Below are positions 26,499 to 36,122 of a DNA stretch of 64,000 nucleotides, in pieces; position 1 is the stretch's first letter, and every line of letters starts with the position of its first letter. The notes beneath the pieces were generated by a model. That model saw nothing but the letters and a program-made list of their open reading frames with translations, did not search any database and was not told where the DNA came from. The position numbers were made by a program, and so were the translations under genes. The DNA is from Chitinophagales bacterium (GTDB lineage Bacteria; Bacteroidota; Bacteroidia; Chitinophagales; CAIOSU01): the NCBI GenBank assembly GCA_026003335.1, contig BPHB01000003.1:129013-193012 (forward strand), read 5' to 3'.

Positions 26499-27914
26499 TT
26501 AATGCCGTATGTGACGGATAAAGATATCTTTCAGCTCGCTGGCTGAATATTTCCGGCTGTAATCCAGAATCGTTTCCGGGTTGCTGTCCAAAAGGATACG
26601 AAAAAAGTCTTCGTGTAAAGCATCATCCATGAGCTGTTCCGTTTCACGGATACGCTGAAAGGTGAGCTTTTTATCCTGGTCGCGGTCTTGCAGGTAGGCT
26701 GCAATTTTACTGAGCGCCTTTTGTTTGGTAGAATCCTCATCCCGGATGATGATGGCATCTTGTTGCTGCTCCCGTTCACGCGCCTGAAGCAGCCAGGTTT
26801 TTATTTGCTGGTGCACGAGGTTATTGTATGTTGTGATATTGTAATTGTAAATAGCCTTATCTCCGCCAGAAAAAGCATCCAGCGGAGCTTCAGCCAGCGA
26901 AGTATATATTTCCTGCAATTTGCTGGCGGGCAAACTCCAAAGGGCTTGTTCGGCAGGTTTTACAATGGTATTAAACCAGATATGGATATTGTAGCGATTC
27001 ACGAAATTCACAAACAGGGGCATCTCTTGCCAGTTTTGGCGAAGGGGATTGACCATAATGCATAATGTGCGCTGATGGTCTTTGCAATAGCGCAGGAAGA
27101 ATTGGAAATTCTGCATCAGCTTTTCAAAACTGCCGTTTATCCGTATGCGTTCATAGGTTCGTGCCGTGGCCCCATCCATGGAAATATTAAAATGAAAATT
27201 TCCTCTGGAGAGGTATTCTTTTACTTTATCGTTAAGCACGGTGCCGTTGGTGGCAATTACCATTTTAAGATCGGGATTGAGTTCAAAAACCATATCCCAT
27301 ATTTTATAGTAGAGCTTGATCAGAAAAGGCTCTCCACCATTGAAACGCGCTTCGTGCAGATGAGGAATAAACTCCCGCAGCTCGTTTAAAAATTTGTCCC
27401 CGTATGGCGATTTGAGCGGAGGAAGCTTCTCCCGGTCACGTCTGATAACGGAGCTGAGCATACCGTTGCACATGGTGCAGGCGAGATTGCAGGTGTTGCT
27501 CAGTTCAAACTCAATGATGGAGGGATAGTCCGTTTTCGGAAAATCATTATCATATGCTTTAGCCAAAATGTTGGTGAAGTTATTTTCAAGCAGATGATTC
27601 CGGCAGGTCTGGCAGCCATACTCCAACTGATGGTTTTTTATGCCTTCACGAATGCGATTAAAGTTGGGACTGTTCCAGATTTCTTTGATAGACTTATTTT
27701 CAGTATACTTCTCTGCACGATGAAAGGTTTGCCAGCAGAGGGCTACATCACCCTCTGTGTTGAAATACAGGTTGGAGAAAGGAGCGTGACAGAGCAAACG
27801 GGTGTCGCGAACGATACGGGTTTGATTATAGCGGGCAATTTTTTTGTCCAATGAGGAACGATAACGCGGCACAAAAGGATTAAGCCGGCCTAATATTGCT
27901 TTGATGCGGGACAT
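26499..27914 (-). CDS. radical SAM protein with N-terminal SPASM/twitch-like Cys motif
   Basis: 471 aa. Radical SAM triad C142-NLA-C146-TM-C149 (ELSNTCNLACTMCNG), and GGEPFL. Upstream of it are C42-x12-G-x4-C60 and C101-QT-C104. Confidence 0.8.
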   Translation of the reverse strand: MSRIKAILGRLNPFVPRYRSSLDKKIARYNQTRIVRDTRLLCHAPFSNLYFNTEGDVALCWQTFHRAEKYTENKSIKEIWNSPNFNRIREGIKNHQLEYGCQTCRNHLLENNFTNILAKAYDNDFPKTDYPSIIEFELSNTCNLACTMCNGMLSSVIRRDREKLPPLKSPYGDKFLNELREFIPHLHEARFNGGEPFLIKLYYKIWDMVFELNPDLKMVIATNGTVLNDKVKEYLSRGNFHFNISMDGATARTYERIRINGSFEKLMQNFQFFLRYCKDHQRTLCIMVNPLRQNWQEMPLFVNFVNRYNIHIWFNTIVKPAEQALWSLPASKLQEIYTSLAEAPLDAFSGGDKAIYNYNITTYNNLVHQQIKTWLLQAREREQQQDAIIIRDEDSTKQKALSKIAAYLQDRDQDKKLTFQRIRETEQLMDDALHEDFFRILLDSNPETILDYSRKYSASELKDIFIRHIRH

Positions 27915-27999
27915 AACTTAAAGTTAATGCAATATTGCAAGCTGAAAAGATATTAGCCGGTCTGTTTATGGTTTAGACAGAAGCCTTCTTGTTAAATAT

Positions 28000-29292
28000 A
28001 TGTCTCAATACAAGAAAATTCTGATTGCAATAGTTCTTGTGCTGCTTCTGACAGTGTTATTGCCGGAGGGGATTTATCAGTTCCGCACCGGCATCGGACA
28101 ATGGCAGATGCTTCTGCTCACGCATCGGATGGCACTGATGCTGCATGTGCTGGGCTGGACGGTGATATTGTGGTGTTTTCATTTTTTACTAAAAAGGTTT
28201 ACTGACTTATCATCCGGCAGTCGCAGAAACTGGATGCTTGCGGCTGCAACAGTTGCTCTTGCATTTGTCGGGGCAGAAGCTGTTGTACGCTTCAGCGGTC
28301 ATATGTCGGGGTATATGGAAAAGCGCTTTGGGTTTTACTGGCCGGTATACCACGCAGGTCCACGCAGCGCCTACCATGTCCGGTGCAAAACCTGTGCTGT
28401 AAGTCTGAAGGGAAAAGACTTTACTTTTGAACGCACCACCAATAGTTTGGGGATAGCATTTCCGGAGCCACCCTTGCAGAAAGATACCAATGAGATACGC
28501 ATACTTGCCTTGGGCGATTCTTTTACCGAAGGTGACGGTGCCCCGCAGGACAGTACATGGGTGAAAGCCATGGAACGAAAACTGCAGCAATTTTACCCGG
28601 CATGGAAGATAACTTGCATCAATGCCGGAGTATCGGGCAGCGATCCGGTATTTGAATACCATTTGCTGAAGAACAAGTTGTTGCAGTATCAACCTGATGT
28701 GGTCATAGTAGGCATTAATGCTTCCGATGTGGAGGATATCATCGTCAGGGGAGGTCTGGAGCGTTTTGTCAGTGAGGACACCTGTGTTTTTAAAAAAGGC
28801 CCCTGGTGGGATAAGCTCTACGCTGTGAGCCATATATTCAGGATGCTGGTGCACCTGCATTACAATCATTTATTGCTGACCGCAAAAGAATATCAACAAG
28901 CTCAGCAAAAGGCCATAGCCATCATCACCGACATATTAAATCGCTATGCAGAGCTGGGCAGGCAGAATGACTTTCGTTTTATTTCGCTGCTGATGCCGGT
29001 ACGTAGTGACTTTGAAAGGCAGCGTTTTGAAAGCTTGCAGGCTCTTGCGGAATCTCTGACGGCACAAGATAGTTTGCCTGTGATAAATCTTTATGATGCT
29101 TTGGTAGCTGACAGCAGCATTTCCGCACGTGATGCTAAAAATTTTTACTGGGAAGAGGGGCATCCTAACTCTGCGGGATATATACTGTTCGGGCAAAAGA
29201 TTGCGGAGAGTTTGATTGGAAATCGGGTGCCGGATAAGTTTAACGGCTCCACCGCAGATATTTTCTCAGAATATTCCCGCCTCCGTCATTGA
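28000..29292 (+). CDS. membrane-anchored SGNH/GDSL hydrolase family protein
   Basis: 430 aa with N-terminal TM helices. Block I ILALGDSFTEGDG, with GVSGSD and a later EGHPN-like block. Confidence 0.7.
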   Translation: MSQYKKILIAIVLVLLLTVLLPEGIYQFRTGIGQWQMLLLTHRMALMLHVLGWTVILWCFHFLLKRFTDLSSGSRRNWMLAAATVALAFVGAEAVVRFSGHMSGYMEKRFGFYWPVYHAGPRSAYHVRCKTCAVSLKGKDFTFERTTNSLGIAFPEPPLQKDTNEIRILALGDSFTEGDGAPQDSTWVKAMERKLQQFYPAWKITCINAGVSGSDPVFEYHLLKNKLLQYQPDVVIVGINASDVEDIIVRGGLERFVSEDTCVFKKGPWWDKLYAVSHIFRMLVHLHYNHLLLTAKEYQQAQQKAIAIITDILNRYAELGRQNDFRFISLLMPVRSDFERQRFESLQALAESLTAQDSLPVINLYDALVADSSISARDAKNFYWEEGHPNSAGYILFGQKIAESLIGNRVPDKFNGSTADIFSEYSRLRH

Positions 29293-29340
29293 AATTCAAA
29301 AAGACATTCACTAATTTTCTCCAAATAAAACCTTGTGCCC

Positions 29341-30582
29341 ATGGATGCCAATTTCCTGCTTGCTTTCCCCTTTTTCTTTCTGCTTATCGGACTGGAATGG
29401 TGGATTTCTAAAAAGAGAAAGGAGGAATACTATCGTTTTAATGATGCTATTACCGATTTGAATATAGGGGTAGGAAATCAGGTAATCGGATTATTCGTGA
29501 AGATAATTATTCTGGGAGCTTACTATTACATATATGAACATTGGGCTTTATTTCAAATCAAAACCAGTGTTTGGTCGTGGCTTGGCTGTCTGATTTTGTT
29601 TGATTTTATCTTCTACTGGGCCCACCGCTGGGGTCACGAAGTGAATATTTTCTGGGGTGCGCACGTAGTGCATCATTCCAGCGAAGATTTTAATCTGGCT
29701 GTTGCACTGCGGCAGCCCTGGTTTCACAATCTTATAGCTTTCTTTCTTTTCCTGCCGATTCCGATTCTGGGTTTCGAGCCGGTGGTTTTCCTGAGTGCTG
29801 CCGCTTTTCACACGTTATACCAATTCTGGATTCACACAAAAGCCATTGGCAAACTATGGTGGCCGATTGAATACTTGTTCAATACTCCCAGTCATCATCG
29901 TGTGCATCATGCCGTTGACCCTAAATACATTGATAAGAATCATGCCGGTTTTCTGATGATCTGGGATCGCATGTTCGGCACCTTTAAGGAAGAAGAGGAA
30001 GAGCCAACTTATGGCATCACCACGCAATTACACAGCTGGAATCCGGTATGGGCCAATATACACTATTACGTAGAAATGATTCGTAAAGCCCGACAGATGA
30101 CCAGCTGGAAAGACAGAATAAAATTAATCTTTGCACGCCCCGGATGGCTGCCTCCGGAGCTTGGTGGCTATCAGGCGCCACGTAAGGTGGACAAATCTAC
30201 CTATAAAAAGTATGATACGCGGACTACCCGATGGCTTAATTATTATGTGCTGATTCAGTTTATGCTGATAGTAGCAGCCACTTCGGCTTTCATGTATTAC
30301 TTTGACACGATAAGCTGGTTTTACAGAGTGGCATTCGCGGTAATTCTGGTTTTATCGCTGATGATTTGCGGTGCTATCTTTGAAAATAAAAGATGGGTGA
30401 AATATGCCGAGTATCTCAGGCTGATAGTGGTTATTTTTACCCTCAATTCATTCTATTACTTCTGGTATATAGAGTGGTTTTTTGTGATGCTTACTGCTTC
30501 GTTGATAGGGTATGTGGTGTTTAATATGTGGTTTACCCTTTCCCTTCTGTACGGTAACAAAAAACAGCCCGCCCTGGTCTGA
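29341..30582 (+). CDS. fatty acid hydroxylase superfamily protein, alkylglycerol monooxygenase-like, with extra C-terminal TM domain
   Basis: ATG at 29341. Histidine boxes HRWGHE, HVVHHSSEDFNLAVALRQPW and HHRVHH. The C-terminal 130 or so aa form additional hydrophobic helices. Confidence 0.75.
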   Translation: MDANFLLAFPFFFLLIGLEWWISKKRKEEYYRFNDAITDLNIGVGNQVIGLFVKIIILGAYYYIYEHWALFQIKTSVWSWLGCLILFDFIFYWAHRWGHEVNIFWGAHVVHHSSEDFNLAVALRQPWFHNLIAFFLFLPIPILGFEPVVFLSAAAFHTLYQFWIHTKAIGKLWWPIEYLFNTPSHHRVHHAVDPKYIDKNHAGFLMIWDRMFGTFKEEEEEPTYGITTQLHSWNPVWANIHYYVEMIRKARQMTSWKDRIKLIFARPGWLPPELGGYQAPRKVDKSTYKKYDTRTTRWLNYYVLIQFMLIVAATSAFMYYFDTISWFYRVAFAVILVLSLMICGAIFENKRWVKYAEYLRLIVVIFTLNSFYYFWYIEWFFVMLTASLIGYVVFNMWFTLSLLYGNKKQPALV

Positions 30583-30592
30583 TGATTACTCA

Positions 30593-31165
30593 TTAGAAGA
30601 GTATGGTATCGTTCTGCGCAACAAAAAGAAGGTTTCGGGAGCCTTTGTCGTACACCAGTTGCAACAGATTGTCGGTGATGTAATACCGCTCGGTAGATTC
30701 CAGCGCCCGATGAAACTTTTGCTGAAAGCGCTCAATGGGTTCTGTGCCGTTTACTCGTGATTTGATTGTTTCAGACAGTTTTATGGTGTTGCTGCTATCG
30801 GCAACATAGGTACCCACAAAACTATTAATCAGCGTGCGCCCCTGAAACAGATAAGGATAACGGAAAGCTGCACCCTCCCGTGCTGGCATGGAGTCTGAGA
30901 ATATGATAAAGGTTTCATTATCCCCGCAAGGCGGATATTCCATGCTGCGGGTTTCCAATGATTCAAATCCAACAAATTTCCACTTGCCGGTGAGTGTGTA
31001 TTGCTGGTCTTTTTCTATCTTATACTCAACAGGGCATACAGGTTCCGGGTGATTTTCATTGCAGTGAAAATTGCTTACTGCCAGGTTGCTGGCAAGCAGG
31101 GCAATGACAAATAGTTTAAGGTTAGACGGGAACCGGTAAAGGGATTCCCATTTCCGTTTCAGCAT
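30593..31165 (-). CDS. secreted/lipoprotein hypothetical protein, META(HslJ)-like pattern
   Basis: 190 aa with a signal sequence. LTGKWKFVGFES...INSFVGTYV...TIKLSE...YYITDNLLQLVY resembles a META domain. Weak call. Confidence 0.35.
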   Translation of the reverse strand: MLKRKWESLYRFPSNLKLFVIALLASNLAVSNFHCNENHPEPVCPVEYKIEKDQQYTLTGKWKFVGFESLETRSMEYPPCGDNETFIIFSDSMPAREGAAFRYPYLFQGRTLINSFVGTYVADSSNTIKLSETIKSRVNGTEPIERFQQKFHRALESTERYYITDNLLQLVYDKGSRNLLFVAQNDTILF

Positions 31166-31222
31166 GGTGTTAAGTTGTGGCTTTTTTATACGGCTAAAGG
31201 ACGGAGAAGGTTCAGTTAGATA

Positions 31223-32326
31223 TCAATCATTTCCCGTCATTTGATCGGTGAGCTCCTGCACAACCTTAAACTGACTGAAAAATTCCCTTGCCAAAAGGCG
31301 TAATATAGTATAAACGGGCACAGCAAGTACCATTCCGGCTATTCCACCTACCGTTCCTCCGGCAAGAATTACAAGAAAGATTTCCAGCGGATGAGCTTTT
31401 ACGCTGGAAGAAAAAATAAAAGGCTGCAGCAAATAGTTGTCAATGAGCTGGGCTATAACAAACACGGCAGCGGTTTTGATGATAAGCCAAAGCATTTCGG
31501 GCGAAGCATCCACTGTCAGCGAGGAAGTAACACTGAGCATAATTGCCATCATGCCACCCAAAGCAGGACCCAGATAAGGAATGATGTTGAACAAACCCGC
31601 GAAAAAAGCAATAAGCAGGGCATTAGGTATGCCGGCAACTGACAGCCCAGCCCATATAATCAGGGATAAAAGAATAATTTGCAGAATGACCCCTCTCACA
31701 TAACGGGCAAGAATTATGCGGCTTTCGCGAAAAACAGTTTCCATTTTTTTTTCGCTGCCCGAAGGAGTAAGGGCAATGATAATCCGGTAAAAAAGATCTT
31801 TTTCTTTCAGAAAGAAAAAAAGAATAAAGGTAACAGATGCGAAGGCGATGAAAAGATCGCCCAGCGCTCCAAAAAAATTATTTAAAAGCTGGGTAACGTT
31901 ACTGAAGCTTAACATGTCATAAAGACGTGATTGAATGTAGTGTTGCAAGGTTTCATCTTTTAGTAAGCCCAGCCGATGGAGGTATGATTCAACTTTTGTG
32001 AGCGGCTCCCGGAGCAGACCGATAAGCTCCTGCATGTCCATGGATGATATGATCTGTGCTTGCCGTGTAATCAGAGGAATAAATATGGACGCAAATAATG
32101 TGCTTATCAGTAGCATGATCGTCATGGTGAGCAGGGCGGCTATACTGCGAGGAATCCTGAACTTGATAATTTTTTTTCCGGCAAGCAATTCCATAAGGGG
32201 CTGACCAACCACTGACAGCACCCCGGCTATCAGCAGGTAGGCTACAATGTTTTTGAAATACCATGCAACAGCAGCAAAAACAATTATGCTGATGAGTAGT
32301 GCGAGCCACCGTGGAGGAGTATTCAT
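31223..32326 (-). CDS. AI-2E family transporter (PerM/UPF0118)
   Basis: 367 aa with about 8 TM helices. The conserved C-terminal block NIIPYLGPALGG...AQLIDNYLLQPFIFS is typical of the family. Confidence 0.8.
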   Translation of the reverse strand: MNTPPRWLALLISIIVFAAVAWYFKNIVAYLLIAGVLSVVGQPLMELLAGKKIIKFRIPRSIAALLTMTIMLLISTLFASIFIPLITRQAQIISSMDMQELIGLLREPLTKVESYLHRLGLLKDETLQHYIQSRLYDMLSFSNVTQLLNNFFGALGDLFIAFASVTFILFFFLKEKDLFYRIIIALTPSGSEKKMETVFRESRIILARYVRGVILQIILLSLIIWAGLSVAGIPNALLIAFFAGLFNIIPYLGPALGGMMAIMLSVTSSLTVDASPEMLWLIIKTAAVFVIAQLIDNYLLQPFIFSSSVKAHPLEIFLVILAGGTVGGIAGMVLAVPVYTILRLLAREFFSQFKVVQELTDQMTGND

Positions 32327-32332
32327 ATAGGG

Positions 32333-33679
32333 TTACCAAGGTTGACGACCTGTATAATTGAAAGGCGTGATGGCCTTTAATTCCTTTTTTACCTGCTCGG
32401 AAATATGCAGGCTATCAATAAATGCGTGCAGCTGCTCTTTCCCAATGGAATCCCGGGTGCGGGTAAGTGCTTTCAGTTTTTCATAGGGCTTTTCAACGCC
32501 CTCTCTGCGCAGAATGGTTTGTATGGCCTCGGCAACAACTGTCCAGTGCCTGTTCAGGTCATCATGGATAGCCTTCCGGTTGACAATAAGCTTATCCAAC
32601 CCTTTTAATAAAGCATCAAATGCGATGAGCGAATGAGCAAAAGGCACCCCCAGGTTTCTTAATACGGTAGAGTCTGAGAGGTCACGCTGCAACCGGGATA
32701 CCGGCAGTTTTGAAGCAAAGTGTTCAAGCAGGGCATTGGCCACTCCGAGATTACCTTCGGCATTTTCAAAATCAATGGGGTTTACTTTATGCGGCATAGC
32801 TGAGGAACCTACTTCATTCTTTTTGGTTTTCTGGTGAAAGTATTCAAAGGAAATATAGAGCCATATATCACGGCACAAGTCCAGCAGAATGTTGTTGATG
32901 CGTTTCATTGCGTCCATCTGAGCGGCAAGATAATCGTAGTGTTCAATCTGGGTTGTAAAGCGGCTTCTTTGCAGGCCAAGCGTTTTACCAACAAAGTGGT
33001 CGGCAAATTTTATCCAGTTCGTGCGCGGATAAGCAGCGTAATGTGCATTAAAACTGCCTGTAGCTCCCCCGAATTTGGCTGCGTGGGGCGTACGCTGAAG
33101 CATCTCAAGCTGATTTTGCAGCCGTTCAACAAAAACCATCATTTCTTTACCCAGCGTAGTAGGAGAGGCAGGCTGTCCGTGCGTGCGGGCGAGCATGGCA
33201 ATATTTTTCCATCGCACAGCAAGCCTGCGGAGCGTGCCGATTATTTTTTTTAACTGCGGATAATACACCTGCTGCAGGGCATCTTTGACGGCAAGCGGTA
33301 TAGCCGTGTTATTAATATCCTGTGAGGTAAGCCCGAAATGGATAAACTCACTGTAGCGCTGCAACCCGTGCTTCTGAAAAAAATCTTTCAGAAAATACTC
33401 TACTGCTTTTATATCGTGGTTTGTGATTTTTTCCAGCAGTTTTATTTTCTTCGCATCCGCAGCAGAAAAATCCTGAATAAGCTTTTCCAGTATCCGCAGT
33501 TTTGAAGCGGGGAAACTATTCAGCGGGGGTAATCGTAATTTAGTCAGCGCAATGAAGTATTTTATTTCAACTGTGATGCGATATTTGAAGAGTGCATATT
33601 CTGAAAAATATTCGGACAGCGGAAGAGTTTTGTCATGATATCTTCCGTCTACCGGGGAAATAGCATGGAGCGGATTCAA
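32333..33679 (-). CDS. purB: adenylosuccinate lyase
   Basis: 448 aa. Fumarate lyase signature GSSAMPHKVNP and a typical N-terminus SPVDGRY. Confidence 0.93.
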   Translation of the reverse strand: MNPLHAISPVDGRYHDKTLPLSEYFSEYALFKYRITVEIKYFIALTKLRLPPLNSFPASKLRILEKLIQDFSAADAKKIKLLEKITNHDIKAVEYFLKDFFQKHGLQRYSEFIHFGLTSQDINNTAIPLAVKDALQQVYYPQLKKIIGTLRRLAVRWKNIAMLARTHGQPASPTTLGKEMMVFVERLQNQLEMLQRTPHAAKFGGATGSFNAHYAAYPRTNWIKFADHFVGKTLGLQRSRFTTQIEHYDYLAAQMDAMKRINNILLDLCRDIWLYISFEYFHQKTKKNEVGSSAMPHKVNPIDFENAEGNLGVANALLEHFASKLPVSRLQRDLSDSTVLRNLGVPFAHSLIAFDALLKGLDKLIVNRKAIHDDLNRHWTVVAEAIQTILRREGVEKPYEKLKALTRTRDSIGKEQLHAFIDSLHISEQVKKELKAITPFNYTGRQPW

Positions 33680-33793
33680 GTTTGTACGGTTTGTCCAAAA
33701 ATAATAAATGCAGTCTGATCTGAGAGAAGGGTTTCGCGGGGCAGCAATATCAAAAAACAGTATTTTTCAATTTATTAAAAGCACAACAAGATT

Positions 33794-36121
33794 ATGGGGC
33801 AAAAGCTACTCATTGTGGAATCACCGGCAAAAGCCAAAACCATTGAGAAAATTTTAGGCAAAGAGTTTAGGGTGGCTTCCAGCAATGGGCATATACGCGA
33901 TCTGGTTAAAGAGGGTATGGGCATTGACGTGGAGCACAATTACACTCCCACTTATGCCATTCCGGAAGAAAAGGCAGGTGTGGTGGCCCAGCTGAAAAAA
34001 CTGGCCGAGGAAGCCGAAGAGATATGGCTTGCTACAGATGAAGATCGTGAAGGCGAAGCCATAAGCTGGCATCTCTGCGAAGTGCTGGGTCTGGATCCTG
34101 AAAAAACCAAGCGTATTGTTTTTCACGAAATTACCCGTCCGGCTATTGAAGAAGCTGTGAAGAATCCCAGAAAAATTGATTTAAACCTTGTAAATGCTCA
34201 ACAGGCACGCAGGGTGCTTGATCGCCTGGTGGGATTTGAGCTTTCGCCCATACTTTGGAGAAAGGTGCGCACCAACCTTTCTGCTGGCCGGGTGCAATCA
34301 GTAGCTGTGCGTCTCATAGTAGAGCGTGAAAGGGAAATTAATGCATTCACGCCTGCTTCTTATTTTAAAATATCCGCTCTTTTTAATGCTTCAGCCATCG
34401 GACCAACAGCTCGCCTGAAGGCTGAGTTGCCCAGAAAGGTTGAAGAAGAAAGTGCGGCTTCCCGTTTTCTGGAGGAAGCAAAAGACGCTGTTTTCAGGAT
34501 TACCGATGTGCAGAAAAAACCTTCCAGAAAATCTCCCGCACCGCCATTCACTACCTCTACTCTGCAGCAGGAAGCCAGCCGTAAGCTCGGATTTTCGGTA
34601 ATCAAAACCATGATGATTGCACAGCGGCTCTACGAATCCGGATACATTACCTACATGCGTACCGATTCGGTAAATCTATCGCAGACAGCCATTGAAGAAG
34701 CAGCCAAAGAAATAGTGCAATCTTTCGGGAAAAAATATTCCGAACCACGTCAATACAAAACCAAATCCAGCAGTGCCCAGGAAGCCCATGAATGTATTCG
34801 GCCCACCTCTTTCTCAAGGCGCGAGGTGGAAGGCGAGCGTGATGACCAGCGCCTCTATGAGCTTATCTGGAAACGAGCCCTCGCCTCGCAGATGAGCGAT
34901 GCCGTTCTGGAAAAAACTACCGTGAAAATTGAGATATCCAGCAATAAGGAAGAGCTGGTAGCTCAGGGGGAAGTGCTGTTGTTTGATGGCTTTTTAAAAC
35001 TCTACACCGAATCGGCAGATGAGGAGCCCGATGAGGAAGTAAGTGGCATGCTCCCGCCAGTGAAAAAAGGCCAGACCCTGGAGCTGTTAGAGATGACCGC
35101 AAGACAGCGGTTCACCAAAGCGCCCCCCCGTTATAATGAAGCTTCACTTGTGAAAAAATTGGAAGAACTAGGTATCGGCAGGCCCTCTACCTATGCGCCT
35201 ACGATCACCACTATTCAAAAACGCGGATATGTGGAAAAAAGAGATAAAGAAGGCGTGGAACGACCCTACACAGTTTTAAAACTTACCGGCAACAATATCA
35301 CCAAAACCACAGAAACAGAAATCATCGGAGCCGAAAAAGCCAAGCTGTTCCCCACCGACATAGGCGCTGTGGTAAATGACTTTCTGGGCGCCAACTTTGA
35401 AAATGTCATGGATTACAACTTCACGGCCCGCATAGAAGAAGAATTTGATGAAATTGCCAGCGGTAAGCGGGAGTGGGTGCACATGATAGACGAGTTTTAC
35501 AGACCCTTTCATAAGCTCGTTGAACACACAACCGAAAAAGCGGAGCGCGTATCGGGAGAAAAAGAACTGGGCATTGACCCCGAAAGCGGTAAACCTGTCA
35601 TCGTGCGGATAGGCAAGTATGGACCCATGGCTCAGATCGGACGCAACGAAGATGAAGAAAAACCACGCTACGCAAGACTCAGAAAAGAACAGTCCATTGA
35701 AACCATCACCCTGGAGGAAGCCTTGCAGCTTTTCAAACTACCCCGCTCACTGGGAGAATACGAAGGCAAAGAAGTAGTTGCAGCAATCGGACGTTTCGGC
35801 CCTTACATCCGGCATGACGGTAAATTCGTTTCTATCCCAAAAGAAATGGATGTATATGAAATCGGGCTGGATGAAGCCATTACTCTCATTGAGAACAAAA
35901 GAAAGTTTGAAGCCGAAAGGCATATAAAGGATTTTCCGGAAGCAGATATTCAGGTGCTCAAAGGGCGGTTTGGACCATACATTAAGGCCGGAGACAAAAA
36001 CTATAAAATCCCCAAAGAAAAAGATCCTTATAAACTGACGCTGGAAGACTGCAGACGCATAATAGCTCAAAACCCTGAATCCAAAAAACGGGGCAGAAAA
36101 ACATCATCAAAGAAAAAGTAG
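33794..36121 (+). CDS. topA: DNA topoisomerase I (type IA)
   Basis: 775 aa. Toprim LLIVESPAKAKTIEK and DREGEAISWH, active-site Tyr context GYITYMRTDS, and C-terminal repeats KYGPM, RFGPYI, RFGPYI. Confidence 0.95.
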   Translation: MGQKLLIVESPAKAKTIEKILGKEFRVASSNGHIRDLVKEGMGIDVEHNYTPTYAIPEEKAGVVAQLKKLAEEAEEIWLATDEDREGEAISWHLCEVLGLDPEKTKRIVFHEITRPAIEEAVKNPRKIDLNLVNAQQARRVLDRLVGFELSPILWRKVRTNLSAGRVQSVAVRLIVEREREINAFTPASYFKISALFNASAIGPTARLKAELPRKVEEESAASRFLEEAKDAVFRITDVQKKPSRKSPAPPFTTSTLQQEASRKLGFSVIKTMMIAQRLYESGYITYMRTDSVNLSQTAIEEAAKEIVQSFGKKYSEPRQYKTKSSSAQEAHECIRPTSFSRREVEGERDDQRLYELIWKRALASQMSDAVLEKTTVKIEISSNKEELVAQGEVLLFDGFLKLYTESADEEPDEEVSGMLPPVKKGQTLELLEMTARQRFTKAPPRYNEASLVKKLEELGIGRPSTYAPTITTIQKRGYVEKRDKEGVERPYTVLKLTGNNITKTTETEIIGAEKAKLFPTDIGAVVNDFLGANFENVMDYNFTARIEEEFDEIASGKREWVHMIDEFYRPFHKLVEHTTEKAERVSGEKELGIDPESGKPVIVRIGKYGPMAQIGRNEDEEKPRYARLRKEQSIETITLEEALQLFKLPRSLGEYEGKEVVAAIGRFGPYIRHDGKFVSIPKEMDVYEIGLDEAITLIENKRKFEAERHIKDFPEADIQVLKGRFGPYIKAGDKNYKIPKEKDPYKLTLEDCRRIIAQNPESKKRGRKTSSKKK

Positions 36122-36122
36122 C

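Noticed and set aside
28210-28869. 219-aa minus-strand ORF inside the SGNH hydrolase gene
   Set aside because: Shadow ORF. The plus frame has the GDSF block and TM anchor.
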